A stretch of 64,000 bases of DNA from Octopus sinensis (lineage: Eukaryota), in assembly GCF_006345805.1 (NCBI RefSeq), contig NC_043008.1, positions 36,022,001 through 36,086,000 on the forward strand, written 5' to 3'. The notes under the pieces were generated by a model that had not been told where the DNA came from, made no database searches, and was given only the letters and a program-made list of their open reading frames with translations. Positions 52,441-64,000 of the stretch are shown piece by piece. The first letter of the stretch is position 1. Each line of letters begins with the position of its first letter. The position numbers were made by a program, and so were the translations under genes.

Positions 52441-54094
52441 AAAAAAATCTGAAAAGTGTAAGACAAAATACATACACCCCACACAACCACGAGAAAAAAA
52501 AATACATGTAATGACTGGATCATTAGGGTCAAATATAAACGAAAACCAAAAGAAAAAAAAAGTAGACAGCTAATTAATATTAATTTTTTTCTCGACAAAT
52601 GCTCGAGGCAATTCTGAACACGTTTCGCGCTTATGAATATCCTCTGCAGAACGGGTATCTTGCTGTGATACTTGCTGAAGTGTTTAGTGAACGAATCGCG
52701 AAGCAAAATACAAAGATGTATATTTGTGGGAGTATATAGTTTGATATTAGCGGTTTGACACCTTGCGTTTGCAATATCTGCAGAAGACAAGTTAAAAGAA
52801 GGTTTGTAGACGAGAGATGAGCATAAACATGATGCTTTGCCAGTTATACGAAAGGCGAATCCAAAGATCTAGCTTTCGGAGAAGCAACAACGTTGCTCAT
52901 AAAACTCTCCTTGTGTTTGGTTCTACGAAAGAGAAGGAAAGACACAAATACATGTATTCATACATTAGCCTCTTTCAATTTTAATAATTAAACACAATCA
53001 ACCACTAACTATATAGCTAGTGGATTAGTCGTGCTAGAATCTGGTTAACATTGATCCTTATTTAGTTAATGTCAGCTTATTAATTATTTAACTGACATTA
53101 AAGACAAGCTCTCCACCTTTCACTGGTGGATAAGATCTGTTGTAATGCGCACATGTGTCTACATATACATACATACTCATATTTTATATTTGTACACACA
53201 CGCGTCTCGTAGACTACGACTTCAGAAAAAATATTTTGGGCATAAAATACACACAATATAAATGTTAACATATTAATTCATATAGCAACAATTAGTAAAT
53301 ATTTATTTAATAACGAACCACATACGAGTTTAAACGTGATTAGAATTTTAGCTCCGCTATTTGTATGCTGTCTGAGAATGTTCCTGATTAAATTTCTTCA
53401 TTCGGCTAATTTCTGTAAATTGCAATAAACTATGTAAATGCTACTAAAAAATATTTAATTACTAATTAACAATTCATAAATATTTTAAAGGAAAGATATT
53501 ATATAACCATCAGTGGTATTTTTCTAAATTAAACCCACTGCATGTGGGAAGTACATAGCAGTAACTTCGCTGTTCATATTCATTAGTTTACACGCGGATA
53601 GCCTGATCAAGCAGACCTCTAACGATCAGGTGTTCCTGCGGTGCAAATCCAGTTTCGTTTGAAATATTTGGGATTGATTGCTGCTTCGTATAATATAGTA
53701 GTGAGTGATTTGTGAGAGATTGGATTTATTCCTAGTAGGTCGCCTGAGGATCCATCTAAATACAGTTAGCTAACCAGTCCGACGCTGTACCAATTTGGTA
53801 TTAGTTGAAAGGGTGAGGAATATTGTCACTTAATCGACCTTAGTATAATTGCCTGGTACTTATTTTATCGATTCCTACGAGATCGATAAATTAAGTACCA
53901 AATAATCTAAATGATTTGGATGAACGAAACTAAATACTGAGGTATTAAGTCCTGAGATAATCCAGCTATTCTATTACTGCACTCTTCCTAATAATCTGGG
54001 TTGCATTAAGCGTGGGAGTGAATGAAATAAAAGCAACGCTAGACAACGTACAAAATGTAATGATTTTTTTTTTTTTTTTTTGTTAAAACAAAGG

Positions 54095-55600
54095 ATCACC
54101 ATCAAGAGTCAATCAAGGAATTCCACAGCTCCGAGATTACCCCAACTACCAAGTAAGCTGTCATACCTCAGATGACCGAACGAATGGGTCGATTCACTCG
54201 CGCCAATCTCATCCACCTTTCAACAAATTTAATGGAGGGCATTACTTCCGTTTCTACACTCACCTTCCTCTCCAGGTGGTATTGAAAAAGTTAAGCGCCT
54301 GTCCTCAGTAGTTTCAATAGCATACACCACATTTTTTTAGTTGCATCCAAAAAACATAGAAAAAGTGCCTCTTCTCCTTGGCCAAAGAGAGACGGTAATG
54401 TGATCTTCCCGATATCGAGGGCTGCCAGGCAGATCCATCTTACAGGCAACTACAGCTGTGGGACAGTGCCACAAATAGCAACGACTGGGCTCTGAGTAAG
54501 CGCATACATCAGGTATAGGCAAAGTTGATTGCACTTCCATGCTTGTGGAATTTCTCTTGAAGATGTAGCCTCACCTGAAACTTAACTGGTCCGTCGGACC
54601 AGAACTTCGCCGAAGCTAGGTTTGTTACTCATCCAGCCTCTCTACGATATCTCATGCGTCAACCACCTTGCTAACACCTAAACCAATATTCAAAATAATG
54701 GTCCTCTTGTTCGCATCCTTCCTCAGCCATCTATATCCTGAGTTCTCTTGTTCTTCTGCTAGTTACAGCAGACGTCTACCGAGGCATTGACGAGCATTTC
54801 TGGTAAAAGGTAGATTAAACAATGCCAGGCGAGTTCCTCCAGGAATGACAGCACGTCGGTTGCATTTATCGGCTTTTCGCAAGACTCGAGAGTTGCGTCA
54901 GACTGTTAAGGTAGGCACTAAAGTCCGCTTTTGTCATCTGGCCGTTCTAAACAGTTGATAAAAGTGCTGTTCGAAAGTTGCACATCACCACCACCTTGGA
55001 CTGAGTAGTAGTATGCATTTGGTCGAGTCCGTCAAAGAACGAATTATTATTATTATTATTATTATTTTCACCTTCACTACCCTGGTATTGTGCCTTGAAG
55101 AATTGGAAACGGACCATTGTTGCCACTGGCATGTCGGCTAGGATGTCTCTCTTAATCGCCTCTATGTTACACACACAAGCTACTCCTATAATCTATTCCT
55201 CTCGATCGCTGCTTCTTAGCTAAATCCTATTGATCCTAGTCTTAATCGCCCTCTTCAGAGTGAACCAAACTCACAAGTTGCTCACTAATCCGGTCGCAGT
55301 AGGTTGAACGTGCCGGGAATGACACGCTCTGCTTCCAGTGAAACAAGTCCCAGCCTAACTAGGTCGACCGACAATGCAGATCACAAATTTATCGTCTGGG
55401 TAGGCGAGCGGTTGAAGATGTGGACACACTCCTGTCTGTATCTGCTGACTTCGGTGTCACTGATGGCTAATATTCATGTTTAGTCACCCGAATTCGTGGA
55501 GCAAGTAATATCACTTTCAAGCATATCCCAAGCCATGTGTATTTATGCATACATCCTACTCTGAATATGGCCATATTGGTCCACGGTAAGGAACCAAATA
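54095..55600 (-). mobile_element. Heavily deleted L1/Tx1-like LINE remnant
   Basis: Minus-strand peptides ILAISDTEV (endonuclease-like), SDGPVK and NFFQYHLERKVSVETEVMPSIKFVERWMRLAR (Tx1-like C-terminus); poly-A tract near 54065-54081. Confidence 0.5.
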
Positions 55601-56589
55601 GCGAAGTCTAACTGCAGTACAAGTGCAGACATTTTAGGGAGAGTAGAGTTGGTCAGGATTTAATTTCATCGAAGTAGGAAATATTAAAAAAGGAAATCAA
55701 CTTGGGGCATAAAGTCAAAGGGATGTTACTAAATAGAGCATTTTCTTTACCAAATGACAGTACCGGAGAAAATACCTTCCACCACCCCCACTCCCCGGGG
55801 TGGGGGCATATCCTTGCTGGAACCAACTTTACACTTCGTCGCAAACCAGAGTTGAACTGATAAAATAAACAAACATCAGAGAATGATGATGTTACTGGAT
55901 ACGTCGTGACAGACAACTTACAGCTAATTTTCCCCATAATAAATCCGACCCTATTGCTCAAGTGAGAAAGGGCGAAGAAAACTGGGTCTTTTGTGGCACC
56001 CATGCATCTCGAAATACATCGACGGCGCACATAAATGACATGCTTCCCTTATAGTAAGTAGACGCGGCAATTAGTAAACATTTAGTAAAAATATGTGCCG
56101 TTTTTCAGTCATTCATTCTGTGCTGAATGAATGGTGAGTGTGTGTATGTGTGTGTTTGGGGTTGGTACATTTTTTTTATATCCTACTACAACAATAACTT
56201 CATTGTACTAACACGGATGTTGTTAAACATACTGTTTGTTGTTCCTTTACCCCAAAGCTACGATCCAAGACATTCCAGAGACGACCACCCCCATCTTTTT
56301 ATATAGATCAAAGACAATATTGTTTAATGCTTTGTTTTTTAAGACGAGAGTGTATACTTCGCGAGGGATTTGGTTACTATTTCTAACAGGTCGAATAAAC
56401 ATATAAAGGGTTTTTTTTTAGTCATTCCACTGAGAAGTGCTGTTTCTTGGGTTGGCTAATGCCAAACCAAATCCCGCCAAGGTTGCCTTTAATCTGTGGA
56501 TCGATACAATAAAAATAATATTCAGTCACAAAAGCCGTCAATTAAATCGATTGTACCCTCTTCTCAAATATGAGGACCTTGTGCTGTTG

Positions 56590-56800
56590 GCTGTTGTTTG
56601 GCCACGGGTTGGTCCTGATCGAGCAGACAAGACGATCAAAGGCATTTCAACCATGCCCAACCTGTCTCTTTCCTGTGTAACGTGAATCCAGAACAGCTGT
56701 ATGCAATATTCTTCTCTGAAACGGTTAGGATATGTCAATTGAAAGAAATTTGGCTGCTATTTCCAATGGATCAAACAACAACATACAGGATCCCTCGTTA
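56590..56800. mobile_element. Dispersed short repeat family D (representative copy)
   Basis: CCTGATCGAGCAGAC...ATCAAAGGCATTTCAACCATG...ATTTGGCTGCTATTT recurs, in both orientations, near 3480, 12240, 18400, 18910, 20440, 26780, 33780, 36790, 43590, 53590 and 56230. Confidence 0.65.
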
Positions 56801-58429
56801 ACTCAGTTAAACAGAGGGATATATGTATGAAGGGTGTGTACGAAATCAAAACTACTTCCCCTCCCTTATTACTAGAATATGAGAAAGAAAAAAAAGTTGC
56901 CAAAGAACGGTGTCAACCAGCTCGACTGCCGACTAAATAATAATAATAATAATTGCGTTGCTTGGAAGAATCAACAATGTTTTGATGTTAGTGCGCAAAA
57001 CATATTTTTATTTGGTGTGTGTTGTTGCTACTACTATCTAAGAATTTCACCACACTGTTGTTTATTAATAGCATTGATTTTTGGTTGGTTGAGACAATCG
57101 ACACCTCTCACTGGAATATGAAAACAATTTCATAATCTGGCACTGAAAGAGGAACAAAAGAAAGAGAGAGAGGGAGAGAGACCCAAACTCTGTTTTTAAC
57201 CATACGGGGTGCCAACTACACTTAAAAGCAGGTCACAAATAATCCATAACACCCCAGTCTACGGGCAATGAACACAGATAACAGACAAGAATTTTTAACT
57301 ATGTTATGGATCGACAGATTTTCTAGGGAGAAAATAGATTGAAACGGCACCAATTACACAGTACGTTGGAACTGGTAGTTGTAACATCAACCTCACGAAG
57401 GGAGAAATGTTAAGTCCAACAATGTGAGATTTGAACGCAGAACATAAGGCGACGTGACATGACAGACAGCCAACAGTTCTTCCAAGTCTGTCAGGGTTAA
57501 ATGTTGAAAACTGCGGCTTAGTCGATTCTGCAAAAGTCTTCCATATTACGACATTAAAAGAAAAAAATAATCAAAACAAAAAAAAACCCTTCTCGTGTTT
57601 ACCTCCCACGAAGGAACAAGGGCTGGAGAGGAACTAAGAGGCGATACTGTCAGGAATGTAGTTTAGTATAAGTGAAATTCAAAGGCAGAATTTTTCAGTA
57701 AAATACTACAACTACTAATTTCTGGTGGAGTTTTGGAATGGTTGTCTTTCGAAGTCCCATATCTCGGGGAGAAGGAGTACGGGAGTGGCGAGAGGGGGAT
57801 GGAGTCAAAAACGTAAAACAAAATAAATACGACGAAACATTTTGATTAATAAAATTCAGAATCGTGCTTAAGATTTTCGGAAAGCATCTCGTCGATTTAA
57901 TCGCCCCCCAATGCATTACTAACACTACAAAGGCGAAAGATTTATCTTCTCAGGGACAGCAGAATCCAGACATTTACTAACAGCAACTAGTGCTAATAAT
58001 AATAATAATTTTTTATTTGCCACTGGGGCATTAGCTGAGGGGTAACATCACAAGGACAATCAACAATTTGTGTGTGATGTTTAAATGATAAGGTTTCAAA
58101 TTCTGATTTAAGGCCAGTGTCCTTGTGGGGAGGAGGTTAATTGATAACATCGACCCCGGGAGGGACTGAAAGGCAAAGTTGACTTCGGGTGGGGATCTGA
58201 ATTATGACACTAGTTACAGTTAGTAAATAAGATATTCCTTAATTGCTTTTGTTTTTGATTCGACATTCATGCCTTGCATTCCATAAAAAAGAGAAATAGA
58301 GTACTGTAAGGTTTTATGTCTTTCCCCTAAAGATATCAGCGAAGTGTTAAGAAATATTAATCCATTAATATGTGTAATTAATACAGAAACGACGCTTGCC
58401 TTCATCTCCACTCCCTCTTATTTTCTATA

Positions 58430-58522
58430 TACGTGTGTGCATGTTTGTACTTGTGTGTGTGCATGTATGGATGTTTGTACTTGTGTGTGTGTGCATGTAT
58501 ATATTGTAGAATGTATGTAGCG

Positions 58523-58576
<54 letters not shown>

Positions 58577-59009
58577 GACAGTGTTCATCTATGTATCTAT
58601 ATCGATTGTGTGGGGGAGAATGTCTTGTACGTATGTTTTAAGGAAATTGCCTAATCCATGTATGTATTTGTGTACGTTGTGGTTAGTATCTGATGTGATA
58701 TGCGTGTATATGTATACATGTTGTAGCGAGCACCTGACATAGTGTATATGTTGCTAATAAAGTGTGCGCGTGAGCATGTGTGTGTATAATCATGTACTTT
58801 TGTCGTAGTGTATGTTTGTTTATAATACTGCGTGCTTCTACCAATATGTATACACATAGTATTAAGTGTTTCTGTATCTCATATGTATCATACTGTATCT
58901 CTTAATACAGTATAACAGTGTGTGCTTCTGCTTGTAGTGTTTGGATATGTGCATTTATAGATGTCATATTGTATTTTAAAAGCCTTAATTCCGTTAATGT
59001 GTGCGTCAT

Positions 59010-59053
<44 letters not shown>

Positions 59054-59244
59054 CAGTGTCAGCTTTGGTACATAATGTTTATTACAGGAGATCTTTAACA
59101 GAACAGGTTGTCATAAGAATATATAGTTCGTCTACGGTTTCAATTATATTTTTTGCTTGAAAAATTGGGTTGTAATTTTGTTTAGTTTAACATTTTATTT
59201 ACTCAAAATGAAAAACGATATAATTTCATAATCGACAATAATTA

Positions 59245-59289
<45 letters not shown>

Positions 59290-59300
59290 CACACACTACT
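58430..59300. repeat. (TG)/(TA) microsatellite-rich low-complexity block
   Basis: Multiple visible runs and imperfect TGTA repeats. Confidence 0.85.
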
Positions 59301-59719
59301 TCTGGACTCTATCACTTCTGCCTGTCAATACTACATATCACAGACACACACACACACGAATTTTCTAAATATTCCCCCTAACAGTTTTTTTTTGTTTTTT
59401 TTCATTATGATTAAGACCATTACGAGATTTTATCAATGACAGTTGTCACCGACTTGGACATACGACACATTTAATACGAGAATACTAAGAAAACACACGT
59501 CTGTTCTATACGGCTCAAACATATTTATACAGGTATGGATGTATGCATACCACAAATACAATATAAATAGAATACACACCTTACAACGAAGGAAATTATC
59601 CGTTTAGGCTGGATCAGCATCGACTTAATAACACCTAGTCACCATCTTGGAACTATTTACAATGACTGCACTACTTTCCTCCTAGCTTACATTTGCACTA
59701 CGTTTTGTAGTAATTATAT

Positions 59720-60150
59720 TTTTCGCTCTTATTTCCTCGCATCCTTCCTCCCTCTCTCCTCTTTCTGTTTGTCTCACTCACACATTTTCTATGTTTTTAT
59801 CCTAAACTCAATTATCTTTTAATCTTTACCCTCTCTCTATCCCCCTCTTTTATCGTCTATAAATTACTCCCATCTTAATATCTGTGTTTCTTTTTTTCTC
59901 ACTTTCCTCCTCGCTCACTCTTTTCCCTCTCAGCTTTATAGTCTGTATCTTTTCTTCCCCCTTTTTCTTTCTCTCTTCGCTCTTCCTCATACTTCTCTCT
60001 CTTACTCTGTATTTCCCTCTCTTTATTTATCTTTATCTGTCCACCTCGATCTTTCTTTATCCTCCCACCCTCTCTTTTTGTTATGACATCTTTCTCACTT
60101 TTCTTTCGCTTTAACATTTGTTTACTCTTTAAGTATCGACCTTTTCACTT
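59720..60150 (+). repeat. Pyrimidine-rich (CT) low-complexity tract
   Basis: Almost purine-free on the + strand; produces spurious F/L/S and R/E/K ORFs. Confidence 0.85.
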
Positions 60151-60179
60151 CTAAACTAAAACAATTTTACGCATATTAT

Positions 60180-60640
60180 TACTACGCCATACTCTAACTG
60201 CGTAATTCGGTTACATTTTTTTCTTCAAGTGGCCACCTTGGCGCACTGAGTTCGAATTACAGTCACTTCAATTGATATTCTTTAATGGAGTTTCGGATCA
60301 GGACACCAACATAAGATGGATTTTTTTTCATTTTGATGGAGATTTTCCCATTTTTTAATAACCACGGCTTTGGAAATGATGTGGGAAAGATTTTTATGAA
60401 AATAATTTTTGAAAATTTATAATTATTTTCACCTCCACTCTCTTCGGATAAATTTTGGCCAATTTTTTTTGCCTTGCGCTCTTTAAATCGGTGGGAGAAG
60501 CCCTTTTCGGTGAAAAAAAAAAAGAAAAAAAAGTATTTTAAGAAATATTTTCAGGCGGAAAAGTTTGTTCTAGCACATTCTACGACCACCTGGTACCTTC
60601 CTCATTCCGCCACCCCCCACACACACCGGCAATAAGGGAG
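60180..60640 (+). promoter_or_regulatory. Candidate promoter / first non-coding exon of a plus-strand gene
   Basis: Unique, CpG-retaining sequence at the right edge of a CpG-rich block. Downstream the DNA becomes T-rich and CpG-poor, with a strong acceptor at 61039. Inference only. Confidence 0.3.
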
Positions 60641-61039
60641 TCCATGTGTGTGTGTGTGTGTTTGTGTTTATGTAAGAAAAAACGTTTACTAACAGAAAAG
60701 TATGCTATTTAAAAATAATTGTTTTGAAAATTTTTGCTTGTTCTTTTTTTCCTTTATTTCATTTTTTATTTCTTGTCAATGTATTAAAAGGGAACTAAAT
60801 ATATATCATTTAAGCTGATTAAAAAAAAAATCAATTCTTATTTCACTAAAATCTGTAGAGTGAGGGAAATGATAAAGATAGGGGAATCCTACGCAGAATG
60901 CTTTATTATTTTTCATTGACACATTGTGCAAATTCAATTCACATCATCTCCATTTTTTTTCCCCTTTATTTCTCCAGAATCAATAAAAATAAATACCAGT
61001 AATACTTTATGTCTCATTTTTTTTTTTTTTTGCTTTCAG

Positions 61040-61372
61040 AATGCACACCACCAATATGATTAATTTTGCTTTTCAATAAGTACCATTCAAGAACTGGAAG
61101 CTATTCTAATAATCATTTTCTTTCAGAAAGAAAAATTGTTTCTTTGTGCCTTGGCACAAGGCTAGTATTTTGGAGGATGAATCATATTTCTGTCTTGGCT
61201 TTGGACAATCACATAGTAAATAGGATGATACCAAATTATTGTTTCTATTGGACTGTTGGAAAAGTGTATTAGTGAAAGAAAATTCAAACTCACAGCACAA
61301 AGATAGTAGCAGGAATCCATTTGAGTTCATTTTGCCAAAATAATGCTTACCAAGAGTATTTGGTTGAGAAAG
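61040..61372 (+). other. Candidate exon (mostly 5' UTR, possible start MLTKSIWLRK at 61343)
   Basis: Long T-tract plus GCTTTCAG acceptor at 61039 and AAG|GTAATC donor at 61372/61373; ATG 30 nt before the donor. Confidence 0.4.
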
Positions 61373-61451
61373 GTAATCTAATCTAACATAGGTATTAAAA
61401 TCTAAAGGAAATGTTTTATCCTGAGTGGGAATTTGGTTTAATCAAATTCGA

Positions 61452-61991
61452 TGACTGGCATCTGTGCTAGCGGGGTGCAATGAGCACCATACGAGTGTGA
61501 TCATTGACAGAGTGGCTAACTGGCTTCCATGCCAGTGACACAAAAGGCACCATTCGAATGTGATCGTTACCAGCGTCGCTTTACTGGCACTTGTGCCCGT
61601 GCTAGTAGGGTGCCAAGAGCACCATCTAAGCGTGATTGTTGCCAGAGTGGCTAACTGGCTTCCATGTCGGTGGCACGTAAAAGGCACCATTTGAGCGTGA
61701 TCATTACCAGCGTCGCCTTACTGGCACCTGTGCTGGTGGCATGTGTAAAAAGATTCGAGTGAGGTCGTTGCCAGTACCGCCTGACTGGCCCCATGCCGGT
61801 GATATGTAAAAAGCACCCACTACACTACTCTCGGAGTGGTTGGCATTAGGAAGGGCATCCAGCTGTAGAAACTCTGCCAGATCAAGATAGGAGCCTGGTG
61901 CAGCCATCTGGTTCGCCAGCCTTCAGTCAAAATCGTCCAACCCATGCTAGCATGGAAAGCGAACGTTAAACAATGATGATGATGATGATGA
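61452..61991 (+). mobile_element. Family C element with internal ~135-bp tandem duplication and (GAT)n tail
   Basis: GAGCACCAT...CAGAGTGGCTAACTGGCTTCCATG...AAAAGGCACCATT...TTACCAGCGTCGC.TTACTGGCAC occurs twice (61457-61590 and 61595-61727). Confidence 0.88.
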
Positions 61992-61995
61992 TTTG

Positions 61996-62380
61996 TTAAT
62001 TGGAATAGAACTTAACTATAGATACATCAGTGGAACCAAGCGTCGGTGTGTATGCACTTACTAATGTAGCATATTTTTCCAGATCAATTGGGATTTGCAA
62101 TAACATAACACAATCATTAATTCCATTTAGAAAGGATTCTAATTTATGTACACTATCATTACTAATAGCAAAACCCACACCAGACACCCTTTTTTCTGCC
62201 TCAGATTTACCAATCAAGAAGAAAGCATACCCTCCAACTACTTCATTTAGCTGACCAGAATCTAGTTGCCTTGTCTCTGAAAGAGCAGCAATACTAACAT
62301 TTTTGCTTCTCAAAAAGTGCTGAGGATGTTTCTTGTAGTCCTGAAGTATGCATGCATTCCAAGTTGCTATACTCATATCT
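61996..62380 (-). mobile_element. RTE-clade LINE AP-endonuclease fragment
   Basis: ORF track: IATWN, IAALSETR, GGYAFF, GVGFAI, LVSAYTPT and KFY are RTE endonuclease motifs; truncated at the family C insertion. Confidence 0.9.
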
Positions 62381-62860
62381 GCTTCTCTATCCTTTTTTCT
62401 TTGTCTTCTCATATTTTTTTGACTGCATGGTTGAAAGTGCAAAGTTCAAGCTAAAGGTCCCCAGTGACTTCCTCTACATGTCCCCTTTGTTATCACTTCA
62501 TCACTATAAGATTTGATTTGTCCTCATGTCACTGAATGACTTGCACTATGAGTTTGCTTAAAGTGGAATTTGCTTGTACTAAAAACCCACTCTCTCCACC
62601 TAGAAATCATAACCTGTACTGGTGCACAGTGTGCCACTTGTCAGCTGCAGACCAGGTCACAAACCAAGTAGTGATGGTATGGGTTGAGAGTTGGTAGCTC
62701 AACACACACACAAACACATATTTACAAAGAATATAAAATATAACAAATATATATGTATAAATAAAAAAAAAACATATACATACATATAAATATGTAAAAA
62801 ATATACTATAGAATTTAAAAATGTAAATGAATAATAATATATAATACATGTACATATGTA

Positions 62861-64000
62861 CAACATTGCTGGATACTAACTGATAACCACTAACTTTTAT
62901 CATGTGAATTTAGTTTCAGTTTGGATTTTTGGCTCCAAAACCCCTAAAAACAAACCTTGAGAGCTGAAATTTTCATGTTGTAGCTTCGACATAGAACTTT
63001 CCAAAAAGGTATAGCATGCCAAGATCAGATGATGACCAAGGTGTACTACTCTGGCTGGGCCTTCTCCATTGCCTCAATGTGATGCTGGTTGCCCTTCATA
63101 ACATCAGCCTCTCAAAGTTACCATCTGACAGGGTGGCTCTCTTGGCCCTCAAAATATCTTTACCTAAGAGAATAGGAGCTCAGCTGCAGCACTGGATGGG
63201 ATGGTGGTGTTATACTTGGTAAAAAGTTTGATCAAGACCCGCTCACTCAAAAATGTGACTTCAGTCAGCACCTCCTACAAGTTCTGTGCCTTGGATTTCA
63301 GTGACCTGTGGCTCCTGATCTCCCAGAATCGGGTTACTGAAGAAATCATCTTCCTCATCCTCATTGCTGGTGGTGCTGAGGCCCTCCTCCATTAGGAGTG
63401 TCTCTACAATGGTCTCCATGGCGTTCATTACTCTGCTAACTTGGCTGTTATTATACAGCTCCAACCAGAACAGGTGAAACTTGGGGTGGAAGGCAGTGGC
63501 CTGCTGGCACTCCAGGTCTTCTAAGGAAAGAGTCCAAAACTTTTTGTGATGCCTGCTAGTATCGTGTCTACTAGAGGACTGCAGTACAGGAAGATATTTG
63601 AACTTGGTGTCCTTCATCTTCATGACGGTAGCCACTACAGTTGGCAGAAGGAACCTAAGATAAGCCTGGTCCTCCCACTTGATTTTATCCAAAGCCTTGG
63701 CAACATTAGATATCACCTGGGTGTACTCAGTCAGGAAGCTGATATCAGAATCAGTGAAGGTCTGCAGCTTCAGCTGTGTCATTACCTTGTGGGGAGTTCC
63801 CCTATTCTTCTCCAGCAGGTTGTTGAGGACAACAACGGAGTCATAAGTAGAATTCCATCTGGAACTGTTGGGGATCACCAGCCACCTCTTCAACGCATCC
63901 AGAATGCTGTCTGCTGCCATTCTGTTGTGGCTCTGCAGATTCCACAGCTGCTGTGCCTTGGACATAGCCTTCCAGTAGGCTGACTTGAACAAAGCACTGT
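62861..64000 (-). mobile_element. hAT DNA transposon, 3' part (transposase pseudogene with frameshifts)
   Basis: PNSSRWNSTYD (TRWNS motif), FHPKF (LDPRF-like), and C-terminal dimerisation domain KYNTTIPSSAAAELLFS/GKDILRAKRATLSDGNFERLM. TIR-like CAACATTGCTGGATACTAACTGATAAC at ~62861. Confidence 0.88.

Noticed and set aside
52335-52790. 151-aa minus-strand ORF as a standalone gene
   Set aside because: Non-ATG start, low-complexity F/L/V stretch, and the 3' part runs into a SINE; only its acceptor-like site is noted.
58433-60117. Several Cys/Val/Tyr-, Phe/Leu/Ser- or Arg/Glu/Lys-rich ORFs
   Set aside because: Translations of microsatellites and the CT tract; the same applies to most 60-110 aa ORFs in the track.
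61452-61730. CRISPR-like repeat-spacer appearance
   Set aside because: The intervening segments are themselves repeated, the units belong to a retroelement, and there are no cas genes.
63546-63983. 145-aa plus-strand ORF
   Set aside because: Antisense shadow of the hAT transposase frame.

Overview
AT-rich, repeat-dense eukaryotic DNA with no long intact host ORF, no tRNA/rRNA gene and no CRISPR array. The dominant SINE/MITE families match what I recall from Octopus (coleoid cephalopod) genomes; this is an inference, not a database result. The window reads as mostly intronic/intergenic sequence. It holds decayed transposons (Tc1/mariner ~5.6-6.6 kb, CR1-like LINE ~29.7-31.9 kb, RTE fragments at ~17.4, 47.7 and 62.0 kb, an L1/Tx1-like remnant ~54-55.6 kb, hAT transposase ~63-64 kb), many tRNA-derived SINEs, MITEs and microsatellites. 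The most unusual object is at 32.25-32.61 kb: a tRNA-headed (Pol III A/B box) element carrying a minimal type-I hammerhead ribozyme motif of the Penelope-like type, with an inverted partial copy of itself abutting it. CpG content alternates in blocks, and the A/T strand skew flips near 58-60 kb. This suggests a minus-strand transcript (candidate first coding exon at 25.9 kb plus several acceptor-like sites) and a plus-strand gene starting near 60.2 kb. No host gene could be identified, and all exon calls are tentative. Repeat boundaries are approximate.
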